A DNA stretch of 60,000 bases from Malacoraja senta (GCA_038087875.1 CM075992.1:7256001-7316000), one strand, 5' to 3'. Positions 36,714 to 48,470 are shown, numbered from the stretch's first letter. Notes: generated by a model not told the origin, from the letters alone. Made by a program: numbers and translations.

Positions 36714-39700
36714 GTAGGGTTAGTATAGTAAGACCTGAGTGATCTCCTGGACAAGTGTCGATCGCCTGGATTGGGGTCGGAGAGGAATTTCCCGGATTTT
36801 TTTCCCGAATTGGACCTGGGTTTTTATCCGGTTTTTTGCCTCCCCCAGGAGATCACGCGGTTCTTGGGGTGGAGAGGGGTGATAGCGGTATAAAGGGGAG
36901 GGTAGCGTCTTGTGTTCTGTGTCTTGTGTCTACTGTTTGTGGGTAGGGGTGTCTGTTTGGTGTTCAGCCATGAGCGAATGGCGGTGCAGGCTCGATGGAC
37001 CTGGTGGTCTACTCTCGCACCTACTTTCTATGTTTCTATGTTTCTAATGTTAACCCTACTCCGAATGACATTTTCTTTCGTTATGTTACATAGTTACATT
37101 ACATCTTTAAATTCGAAAGATGTAAACTCCAAATTGTGTAACAATAGTTGGAAGATACCCAATAAGATGTTTTCTAAACTTATTTGTGTGAAACGCTGTT
37201 AAACTACAATAATCATTTCAGTTTTCTAACATTGCTGGAAGATCAAAATCTCGAGGTCGCCATGATAACTGTATATGAGGTTGGAGGACACATGTACAAA
37301 AAATGAAAAGTTTCTCATGGCAAAAATAGTAAATGATTTCAGTTTTTGAAAGAAAATGTAAATGATTACTGTACCAACAGTTGTGCAAGTTGCTTTGGTA
37401 TTTTTTTCAATCAAAACCTCACCTCATTTACAAATAAAAATGGACGTGATATGATGACCTAAGACTAGATATGCAGCTGTTGGTACTTAGTATTTTGGTC
37501 TTTCAATGGGAGTATGTATTGCTAAAACCACACAGTCATTAGAGTAAAGCTCACTGGCATTTTAAGATGCATCCAAAAACTGCTTCCCCAGGTCATTTAC
37601 CCGGTCTACACTAAATCTTGATTTACAAAATGAATTAAAAATGCTTAATGAATTTAAATTACATGACTTTCTTAAGATGGCTTGGGCATTACGAAGCAGC
37701 TCAATAACTTTTCTTCCAGTTCACATATTCTGTACTTCAATATGTTTACCTGAGAATAATTCAGATAAGAAAACTGGGTCTGCCGTTACGCAGTTCTTAG
37801 ATATGGCGATTTCAAAACAAACAGTATACACAAAAAGCAGTCTGAAGTTGCCATTAGCAAACCTGCCAAAAAGTGAACAGCTGGGACATGTTTTTGCAAT
37901 GAAAAAAAAATTAGCAGACAGACAGCAGGGCATGTTTTACATCTCATATTCATTGTCCGAGTCATCGCTCCATTCTGGTCCAGAACTTGTCTCATCAATT
38001 TCAAGTGTATGTCCATTTTCATCCTGCAGTGGATCCAAATCTTGATCTGGTTTGTGGCAGGTGAAAACTCAATCAACTTAATCTTGGAATGGTAAATCAT
38101 CATTACAGTTTACAGGATCCTCCATGTACATTGTCTTACTACTAGTACTAGCTGGGTTAGGTAATTTGCCCAGGATAATATTAGCCTGAACTGTACTAAA
38201 AAGCTTTTAATGGGAGAACAATGTGGACTAAAAATACTCTCCTTCAAAGCTTTTTCCTCCATTTGCATGTAGAAAACTTTGAAATCCTAGGTCATCTAAG
38301 TGTTTTTTTATTAGTTTGGTTCAAGGTGGTAAACCTATCAAACATAAATAACAAATTATCAGTTTATGAATCACTAAAAAAATAACATTATTGTGGCTAT
38401 TATCTTCTTGATCTGTGATATAAGGTAGGTAAATATTGCAAATGTTCCACTGTGATATATGGTAAGTAAACATTGCAAATATTCCAAAATTCATACTTAC
38501 ATTTTTAAACATGAGACTGAATGTAATGAATCTAAAGTACATGGCATTACCCCATGGCATTGGTTTTAACGTAAATTATCAACTGAACACTATAACTGAA
38601 TCATGCATCATATCCATGCATTATATTAGCAAACTATAATTATGTAGCAAAGTAAACAACTTACCTCAAACAGCCATAAACAGTGATTCTTTACTGCAAA
38701 AACTCCCATCCAATCCGATGATGATATATTGTTTGGCTGCAGCTAAGGAGAGCTTGTCACAGCATTCAGCCAAATGGCCAAATATATGGAAAGCCAAATA
38801 GGACACTCCAACAATTTATACCTACTATTAGCTTCTTCTCCCTCTTTTCTCATTGAAATGGGTTGTTGTGAAAATGGTCGGTAAAGTGGTCAATTTTTTG
38901 ACATAAGTCACTTTGTATTCACTAGCCGAAAGTTGTGGTTTATCATATAAACCTGGTTCAGCTCATATCTTTAATACCTAGACTAGCCTACTTGACTCTA
39001 AGGACATATTAGGGGGGGGGGGGTGGTACGGCCAAGGCAATGTGTTGTCCTTCTGGCATGGGTCATTTTGTATTTCACAGGCTGTGATTGATCATCTAAA
39101 CCTGATTTAACTTCGGAGTCACGTGAGTGAAGAAGGCCGTGAAAAAAGAAGGCCGTCAGCCCGCATGCGCGTCATTACGTCTAGCGCATTGCGCAACGGC
39201 TGACTGGCAGGCGCGCTGCTCCTGCCAGTGGTAAGTTTAAACCTGCAAGGTAAGTTTAAAACTTATTTCTAGGTTTGATTTTTGTATTGCAGGAAGCTCT
39301 TTACAGAGTTTGCCTGCTGGATTCGGGGCGAAGTCGGACGGGCCGCGGGGAAACCAGTTATGGACCGTGGGGAGATCCCGGTCCGGACCGCGGAAGCGCG
39401 GGTAGCCGGCGGCCGTCGGGTTCGCTTCCCAAGTCGCTGACAAGGAGGTCAGCGACACCCAGGAGGGGAGTGTGTGTGGTGGTTCCCCAAGAAAGGGGGT
39501 AGACCAAGAGAAAGTTGGTCTCGCTACCCCAGTCGCCACAATGGGGTCAGCAGCTCCCAGACCGCTATGGTTTCCCCAGAAAAGGGGTAAAACCGGCAGT
39601 AAGCCGGTCTCACTACCCGAGTCGCTGACATTGCGGTCAGCGGCTCCCAGACCGCAATGGTGCCTCAGAGACGGGGTCAAACCACGAGGAAGCCGGTCAG

Positions 39701-40712
39701 GCCTTGGGACTCGGGCGAGTCAGGCCAGGAGGGTTCCCCTCCTTCAATGGGTAGCGTCTGCGGACGCCTTAACCCACATGGAGCACCTGATGGAGAGGTG
39801 CTCCACAATGATATGTTCCAAAAGAGGGAGTTATCAGCGCGGGTCTCCTCGGGGGCCCGCGGCAGCGGCATCTCTCTCAGGGCTGCATAATGTCTCCCTC
39901 TCTGAGGAGGGAAGCATTCAGGGTCAGTTTCAATCAGAGCAAAAATCCTGATATAGGCCCGGACGAGGGGCCATGTCAGCGCAGGTATCCTCAGGGGCCT
40001 GCGGCAGCACCTGTTTTCAGGGCTGCCTACGAATCTCCCTCTCTGTGGAGGGGAGTGCGAGGAAATACTCGCAAGCGAAGGGGTTACTGCCGGAAGAATT
40101 GGTTCCAATCGTGGGCAGAAAACCCGGAAGGGGCCAGAGTTCCCCTCACGCTGCAAGTGCCGGCAGTGAACAGCGCTATCAGGGGTGACATTGGAGGTAC
40201 CAGCCGCCGAATCTTCTCTTCAGGTAAGGACTTATCTAACAGGTATACCTGGAAGAGGAAGCAAAGGCTGGCAGACTGATCTAGGTACCGACGACGAACA
40301 TAGCTTCATCATATAGGCGACGACCACACCCCACGCCTCATCGGCAGTAAGCAGTTCACTGAACCTGGTGGCAGTTTGAAAGCTGGGCAGAGGTCTTCAG
40401 GCCAAGGTCCAAGCCGGTCTCAGGAAATATGGAATCCACATACACTACCATTCCTACTCTCCAAATCAAGGAGGAGAATAGAACCCACATCAGGGGCCTT
40501 TGGGCTTACCCTAAGACCACTGGTCAGGTGGGTCTGGTTCTTCCAAAACATGGGGTAAGTGAACCATTTACAAGTTGGTAATATTTACACATGTTTTTGT
40601 ACAAATTACAATGATAACATGAGATTCAGATCATTTATATACTAAAATGATAACATGTGATTGGGTTATTATTGCCCAGTATACAAGGGTACCAAGCATG
40701 GCTTGGAATTGG

Positions 40713-40977
40713 GGCCAGGGTTGTCTTTCGAGGCAGGCTCAGTATTACGGCCAGGATTGCCTTCCGAGACAAGCTCAGAAATCTGGCCAGAGTTGTCTTT
40801 CGAGGCAGGCTCAGAATTATGGCCAGGGTGTCTTTCAAGGCAGGCCCAGTATTATGGCAGAGTTGTCTTTCGAGGCAGGCTCAGTATTATGGCCAGATTA
40901 CCTCTCGAGGCAGGCTCGGGAATATGGCCAGAGTTGTCGTTTCAAGGCAGGCACGGAATTATGGCAGGCTTGTCTGT
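40713..40977 (+). repeat. ~36-bp minisatellite (~7.5 copies) within the DIRS RT region
   Basis: Unit GGCCAGAGTTGTCTTTCGAGGCAGGCTCAGTATTAT, head-to-tail with no spacers. Confidence 0.9.
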
Positions 40978-42667
40978 TCATTGTGAAAGATGGAGGATGT
41001 CGGTTCATAATTGATTTAACTCCCATGTGCAACATAGACTTTTCAGTATATGGAACTTCGTTACTGTCTAACAACTGATTTCCTTAGATCTTTATTGCAT
41101 GCATCGATCTCAAAGATGCATACTATTCAGGTCCCATTCACAGGGCAGCTCCCAGGTCATCTACCAAATTACTAACCGGTGCTTGGACTGAGCTCAAGAA
41201 CACTTGTTATGGCTTAACTGGATGATAACGCTGTGTCTTTGGTAAAATCAACTGTTTCAGCTGCGACTACATTTGAGGAATTGAGGTTCCTCAGCCATCC
41301 AGTTAAATTTAAGTTAATACAACTAGAGTTACTGATTATTCGGATTTACTTTTAACTATTAATTTATCTGTGACTCCGCCCTGGGGCAACAGATTGGAAT
41401 CAATAGAAGCCTGTAACAAACCTTGTTATCAAGCAGTCTTCTATTCATCAAGTGTAATTGGCAATATAGCAGCTGTGTTTCAGCTGTGCAATTGGGCCTT
41501 TGCATTATCAGAACTTACAATGTGCAAAATAGTAACCTCTCAAGTGCCATATAGGTCATTGTTAACAGACCTAAGCTATTACCAGCTGAAGCTACCAAAG
41601 TCACAATGGTGGACGAATAATATTCAGCATTGCTCCAGTAGTTTTGGTCAATAAATCTTCAGTTATATTACAAACTGATGCTAGTGCTCAAAGATGGAAA
41701 ATTACGAATGCCATCTCTAGTTACGGAGGCGGATGGATTTGCATGAATCACCAATTCTTCAGTTATTGGTATCAACTACCTATAGACACTGGGTGCATAC
41801 TATGGGTTAAAGGGTTATTGTGCAAATATGCATAATCTGCATGCTCAGTTCCAAGTTGATACACTGTGGTGGTGGCATATTTCAGTCACATGGGTGCAAT
41901 CAAGTCAAAGTATCCTGTCATAATTTACCCAACCTCATTTGGCGCCAGTGTATCATCGCGTAAAATCAATGACAACACAGAATGGATGTTGGATCACAAG
42001 TATTTTATGACATTATGGCTCGATGGCACACCGAATTGCATCCAGGCTCATTCACCGGATGTAAAAACATGTGGCATCGCAGTGGCGAGAGATACATTCT
42101 CGCTACACGGGGGAGGAATGTTCTTTTATGTGGTTTCTCCATTTTGCTCCACAGTCGGGTCTTGCAATAAATTCAGCAAGATCCCGCTTCAGGGTTCTCG
42201 TACTGTCTGACTGGCCTATGCAGCCATGGTTTCGCGCAAATGTTGGGAATAAAAACAGAACCTTATATGGGGTTTCTAAACATAAAACTTTGCTGGTTCA
42301 GCCTGGGACTCGGGAACCAGCCTTTGCATGATTAATCAGTTTATTGCCTTATAGAATCTGAGAAGACCGCTTCTGCGTCTCGGGTTGTCAGACGATCCAT
42401 GTGTGTGCAGGGAAAGCACCAAAAAACTGTACATTTCCTCTTCAGGAGATGGGAAGCATATTGTTTAAATGCTATGTTACATATAATATGGCACGGACAC
42501 TGACGTCTTAGATTTCATTTCAAATGGGTCCTTAACAATAAATTAAGTTATAGTCCATTAACTGTGCCCAACGTGCTTTCTCATCATATTTGCTGTAGCA
42601 AGCGGGACCCGCTCTGTCGGGCCTCACCCTCTGATAACCAGTTTATTAAGGATATCTTTAGCACAAC

Positions 42668-43314
42668 CTAATATGGAATGGATTATATTTGGAATAATAT
42701 TAGAAGATATCAATATAAACAAAGACCAAAAAGTATTCTTTAATTATGGGTTGATAATTCGAAAGAAATTGATACTTAATTTTGGAAAAATACAGCTATA
42801 CCAACTATTAAAATGTGGATTAGGAATATGACGGACATAGCACACCTTGAAGAAATGAGACTCCGCCTAGTAGATAAATATGACCAATTCTTAAGGAGTT
42901 GGTCCCCTTTCATCGACTTTTGGAATCATGTGATGCAGCAGTACCGTAAAGATTACTGATTTCAGGTCAGGTCGTGGATAGATTTACATCTCCAAACAAA
43001 GATTTGAAAATTTCTTTTTAAGGGTCTTTTTCTACTATTTCTACTTTCTATTTTTTCTTTTCTTATATACACACTTCACGTTTTTCTATTTTCTACTATT
43101 TATTTTTCCTCTTTCTTTTCTCTATTTTTTTCTTTATTTTTTTTTATTTTTTACCTCCTTTTCAAAAACATAAAACTAGAGGTTGTACATAGAATGCATT
43201 ACGTTGTGATATAGTTGGCACCTAAAATTAGGTGCCACTGTATTGTTTTGTATTGTATTAACTTCTAATAAAATAAACAACAAAAAAACAACAAAAAAAA
43301 CAACAACAAAAAAA
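42668..43314 (+). mobile_element. L1-clade LINE 3' fragment inserted in the DIRS recombinase region
   Basis: WIIFGI..FNYGLII..FWKN..WSP homologous to the L1 at 55304-55867; AATAAA followed by an A-rich tail. Confidence 0.85.
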
Positions 43315-44403
43315 GAATCTGAGAAGACCGCTTCTGTGTCTCGCGTTGTCAGACCGATCCATATGTGTGCTCTGATAACCAGTTTATTAAGATATCTTTA
43401 ACACAAGTTCTCCCAGACCCAAGTACACGGAAGTATGGGATATTGACATTGTGTTAACACTTCTTCACCACGGGGCTCCAGCGATATCCCTATCTTTGGC
43501 TCGGCTCTCATAAGGTAGTTATCCCCTTGGCGCTGTCCTCAGCGCAACGGGTCCAGTCATTACATAAATTGCGACTCGACAGGATGGTTACACCTGCTAC
43601 ATACAATATTTCATGTTTACGATTTAGTAAAGCAGGGCAGCCCAGGGGTGTCAGGTATCAAACTAGTTCTCATGGCATACCCCATGCACCTTCGGTTATG
43701 TGTGGTCACACATTTACAACATTACGTCAAGGTAATCTAGAGCCTTAGAGGCTTTGTACTAGCGATGTTTGTTAGTTACAAAAAAACCCTCATAAGAAGG
43801 TATCAGTTCAGATCATCTCCAGGTGGTTAAAACGGGGTTTTGGCTTATACATGAGTAGACAACTAATTTTCAAATCTCACTCCACCAGGGCTGCTACAAC
43901 ATCAGCAGCAAGGGTTATGTACGGTCACTGTGGACCACATCCTGCCGACTGCAGGATGGTCTAACGAACGAGGTTCCAACATTTTATTTTAACCATTGCC
44001 AGACCAGGGGTATTTGCCAACTCTATTTAGATTCTATTTTATAGTTACCCCTGGGATGAGAGGGGTTACTACTATTATTATTTGTTCATTTATCAGCATC
44101 AGCATGTTTTAAATCTATGTCATGTCTGTATGCATTATGAATGTTTCCCTTATCTGTGGTCAACTGATGCAGTCGTGCTTGTGTGGACTCGTTTTTCCAC
44201 GGCATGAAATCACAGAGCTTCAAAATCTTCACGGAGTCACTCACGTGATTCCGAAGTAAAATAGTAAGATTAAACGAGAATTTACCAGTTTGACGTTTGA
44301 TCTTTATTTTATGAGGAGTTACGATGAGCGATTATGTGCCCTCCAACTCCCAACCCTCGTAACATAAAGATCTTCTGGAAGTTCTAGTCATCTCTAATCT
44401 TAC

Positions 44404-46466
44404 ATTGAATTCTCCCAATTCTGCTAGCCCTGGCTGTCCCCTCCCCTTCATCAGCCCTCTGGTTGTCTCCTCCCCTCCCCCAGCCCTCGGGCTCCTCCTC
44501 CGCCTTTTTCCTTCTTCTCCCCACCCCCTATCAGTCTGAAGAAGGGTTTCGGCCCGAAACGTTGCCTATTTCCTTCGCTCCATAGATGCTGCTGCACCCG
44601 CTGAGTTTCTCCAGCATTTTTGTGTACCTTCGATTTTCCAGCATCTGCAGTTCCTTCTTTAACACTTTGTCTACTCCACTGCGAAATCTCCTCAAGGTAT
44701 GCCTACTTTGAAGAAGTTCTCCTCCTCTCTCCGGAGACTGTTCCACAACCACCTCTCTAACTGCCCCATCTCTGTGACCCCCCCCCCGCCCTCCAACTCT
44801 ACGACCACATCCTTACCCAAACTCGATACCACAGCCACATCTGCTTCCATCTCACAGCCTGCGCCTCCATCTCATACCTCATGGCTTCCAGCTCCAGTTC
44901 CTACCTCCCAGTTCGGACCTCAGCCGGACTATCGTACCGATTGGCTATCTCTACCGGCATACCCAACAATTCTCCACTGAGATCCACTTTGACTGCGATG
45001 CGCCGACACCAGCAGGACCTCGCATTGACCCTCCCCGAACTTCGGGCCTCACTCACCCAGACCTGCAACGGGCCTCAACTGTAATTTACCTGCCGGAAGA
45101 TCGACCTCTTCATAAAAGATTCCTGGCCCACCTCAACTCCACCAAGGACCTCAAATTATCCCGCCTCCAGGCCGCTCCCGCCGCCGACACTCCACGACTC
45201 AACAGCCCGCAGGCTCCCGGCCCCAACTCCGGCCTGCATCGCCTGCCCGAGTCCCCGCGACGCCATCTTGTCCACGAGGAGCGCCTCCAGTACTCACCAG
45301 GACGCCGCCTTCGCCGACCTCCACGTCGATGCTGCCGCCGACCTTCACCTGCCTACCGATGACGCCCATCCTCGCCGCTTCTACGGTAACTCGGACTTCC
45401 TCCCCCTCGTCGATTCTTCCGAAACTCGCCACCCCCCGGGACCTCCTAACATCATCACCGCACCGGGCCCATCCGACATCGCCGTCGCACTGGGCCCGCC
45501 GAACATCACAGCCGCACCGGTCCTCCTAACATCGCCGCCGGACCGGGCCCATCCAGCATCGCCGCCGGGACCGGGCCTACTCTACACGGCCGCCGGACCG
45601 GGGCTCCCCGAACATGGCCGCCGCACCGCACCCTACTCACCCCGTCGCCTCAGCGGGCTTGCCGAACCGCGCCGCCCCACCGACCATCCGCCCACCGGGA
45701 CCTCCCACGCATCGCCCGTGGACCCCGACTCTACTGCCCACGGACCCCGACCATCGGGTCCGCCGACCCTCGCCACTGCAACGCCCTCCAGCCCCGCCGA
45801 CCCCGACTCTACAGCCCGCGGACTCCCACTATCGGGTCCACCGGCCCTCGCCACTGCACCTCCCTCCAGCAGCCCGCAGCCGTCGCCTCAGGTGCAGACT
45901 GGACTCTGTACTGGGCCTGAAGCCTCCACGCTGCTCACTCCCACTCTTCTGGGTTTGACTCCACTGGGTCCTAGCGCTAGTCTGCCTAGCCCTGGTGACC
46001 TCGGTGTTAGTTCCATTGATTCTTCCCCATCCTTCTCCAACTATGGGACCCCTTCTCTTCCCACCCACACTACAGCCCTCTCACCCCCCCCATCCCCTGA
46101 CCACCCACCACCCCCCACCACACATCGCCTCGTCCCCATTCCACCCACCTGCCTGCCTCCGGCCCCAACCCCCATCCCTGCCGGGTTTTCACCATCCCCC
46201 CCGACCTCCCCCTCTCCGACATCGAATGGTCTGTCCTCAGCAGAGGTCTTACCTTTGTCCCCCTTCGTCCCCACCTCAATGAGTTCCGCGCCCTCCATGA
46301 CTTGGAAGGCTTTTACCGTCGCCTCCGCCTCACAGCTCACTTCCATGGGAAGGAGTCCTCGCCCCCCACTGATGACTCCTTTTCCCGTCTCCACGCACCC
46401 CCTCCTCGTGGAACCCCCCTCGTACCCTTCCGGCTTTAGAACTCTCATCAAAAACTGCCGCCGGGA
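44404..46466 (+). mobile_element. Penelope-like element (pLTR plus start of the RT ORF), running into the gap
   Basis: Begins with an ORF-end relic (IEFSQFC*), then a hammerhead motif, then VFTIPPDLPLSDIEWSVLSRGLTFVP..FYRRLRL, which resembles a PLE RT N-terminus. Confidence 0.85.
44532..44566 (+). ncRNA. Minimal hammerhead ribozyme motif in the Penelope pLTR
   Basis: CTGAAGA (44536-44542), stem II GGGT-TTCG-GCCC, GAAAC-GTT. Confidence 0.7.
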
Positions 46467-46666
46467 NNNNNNNNNNNNNNNNNNNNNNNNNNNNNNNNNN
46501 NNNNNNNNNNNNNNNNNNNNNNNNNNNNNNNNNNNNNNNNNNNNNNNNNNNNNNNNNNNNNNNNNNNNNNNNNNNNNNNNNNNNNNNNNNNNNNNNNNNN
46601 NNNNNNNNNNNNNNNNNNNNNNNNNNNNNNNNNNNNNNNNNNNNNNNNNNNNNNNNNNNNNNNNNN
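46467..46666. other. Assembly gap (200 N)
   Basis: Run of N. Confidence 1.
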
Positions 46667-47335
46667 AGGAGACGTGGAAGTGAAGATTGGGGAAGTCAAC
46701 ATGGAGGGATGTGTACAAAGGAGAGAGGGTGAAGGTCTGGTTGTGTGGAGAGTGGCGGATGTTGCTGCCTGCTCAATTGAGGCTTGGTCCCCTTCCCAGA
46801 AGCCGAAGCAAAGAAGTCGAAGCCAAAGAACCGAATGGAAACGAGGCCGAAACGTCAAATAAAAGAGTACGAAGCCGAAACACCAACTAACCGAAAGGAT
46901 GGGACGCCTAAAAGGCAACTAGCCTGAAAGCTGTGTCGCCTTAAAGCAAACTCACCGAATGGCCACCTTGTTCAAACGCCACGTACCCGAAAGGCGGCGT
47001 CGCCTAGAAGCCAACAAACCAATTGCCGCTCACCAGAAAAGTCAAATAACGGACATGACGTTGCCGGGTGCAGGACTTGTCAGCGATTGGTCCAGACCCC
47101 TGCGTCCATCACATCATTGTGGAGGGATGAACATTGTCCCACACCTCCGCTCCACCCGACCCACAGCCCGCGGAGTGTGGCCGTGGGAGAGTAGGGGCTG
47201 TCCCGAGGGATGCGCACCTTCGGCCGCTTACAACTTGGTGCTTGGGTTCAGATTGCCCATTCACCTATGGCTTGTGTGAAAAAATGACCCCCATGCTCCC
47301 GGCTCCCCCTTCTCTCTCTCTAATCTCTCTAATCT

Positions 47336-48470
47336 AACTAAAATTAGAGCACATGGTATTGTGGTAGGATGTTGACATGGATATAAAATTGGTTAGCAGA
47401 CAGGAAGCAAAGAATAGGAGTGAACGGGTCCTTTTCAGGATGGCAGGCAATGGCGAGTGAAGTGCCGCATGGCTCGGTGTTGGGGCCGCAACTATTTATC
47501 ATCTATATTAATGATTTGGAAGAGGGAATTAATTTGCGGATGACACGAAGCTGGGTGGCAGTGCAAATTGTGAAGAGGAGATTAGGAGGTCGCAGGGTGA
47601 CCTGGATTGGTTGAGTGAGTGGGCAGTACGTGGCAGGTGCAGTATAATATAGATAAATGTGCGGTTATCCAATTTAGCGACAAAAACAAGGGGGCAGATT
47701 ATTATCTCAATGGGGTTAGGTTAGGTAAGGGGCAGGTAGAGCGAGACCTGGGAGTCCTTGTACACCAGTCACTGAAAGTTGGCGTGCAGGTACAGTAGGC
47801 AGTGAAGAAAGCTGGTGGTATGTTGGCCTTCATAACAAGAGGATTTCATTATAGGAGTAAAGATGTTCTTCTGCAGTTGTATAGGGCTCTGGTAAGACCG
47901 CATCTGTAGTATTGTGTACAGTTTTGGTCTCCTAATTTGAGGAAGGGCATCCTTGTGATTGAGGCAGTGCAGTGTAGGTTCACGAGATTGATCCCTGGGA
48001 TGGCGGGGCTGTAATATGAGGAGAGATTGAAAAGTCTAGGCTTGTATTCACTAGAGTGTAGAAGGATGAGGGGGTGATCTTATAGAAACATATAAAATTA
48101 TAAAAGGACTGGATAAGCTGTATGCAGAACATTTTTCCCCAATGTTGGGCGAGTCCAGAACCAGTGGCCACAGTCTTAGAATTAAGGGGAGGTGATTTAA
48201 GACTGAGGTGAGAAAAAACCTTTTCACCCAGAGAGTTGTGAATTTGTGGAATTCCCTGCCACAGAGGGCAGTGGAGGCCAAATCACCGGATGGATTTAAG
48301 AGGGAGTTAGACAGAGCTCTAGGGGCTAGTGGAGTCAAGGGATACGGGGAGAAGCAGGCACGGTTTATTGATTGGGGATGATCTGCCATGATCACAATGA
48401 ATGGCAGTGCTGGCTCAAAGGGCCGAATGGCCTCTTCCTGCACCTATATTTCTATGTTTCTATGTTCCTA
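47336..48470 (+). mobile_element. Degenerate CR1 3' part, embedded in long-TIR element copy 3
   Basis: VPHGSVLGPQLF through the (TTCTATGT)n tail; closely resembles the CR1 at 13740-17595. Confidence 0.9.

Larger units (their letters stand above)
33223..37045 (+). mobile_element. Young CR1 LINE, 5'-truncated within ORF1
   Basis: TSD AATG at 33219-33222 and 37046-37049 (empty site seen in element copy 1); (TTTCTATG)n tail. Confidence 0.95.
32253..39107 (+). mobile_element. Long-TIR DNA element, copy 2 (left end intact; CR1 inserted; cut off by a DIRS insertion)
   Basis: Starts TAGACCGTCAGCCCAGAGACATTAGGTTAGA, the inverse of the end at 50751; ~146-bp subrepeats at ~32552, 32701 and 32847. Confidence 0.85.
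39108..44403 (+). mobile_element. Second DIRS1-like element, coding region highly degenerate, right end replaced by a Penelope element
   Basis: Left end TAACTTCGGAGTCACGTGAGTGA is complementary to the ICR at ~44237-44340. Relics: KDGGCRFIIDL, IDLKDAY, LQTDASA, NDNTEWML, HSTRAATTS. Confidence 0.88.

Noticed and set aside
40713..40977. CRISPR-like 36-bp repeat array
   Set aside because: Units are head-to-tail with no unique spacers, there are no cas genes, and the context is vertebrate: a minisatellite.
45268..46466. 471-aa proline-rich ORF as a host gene
   Set aside because: C-rich Penelope leader read partly out of frame and extended through Ns; the PLE RT motifs are in another frame.
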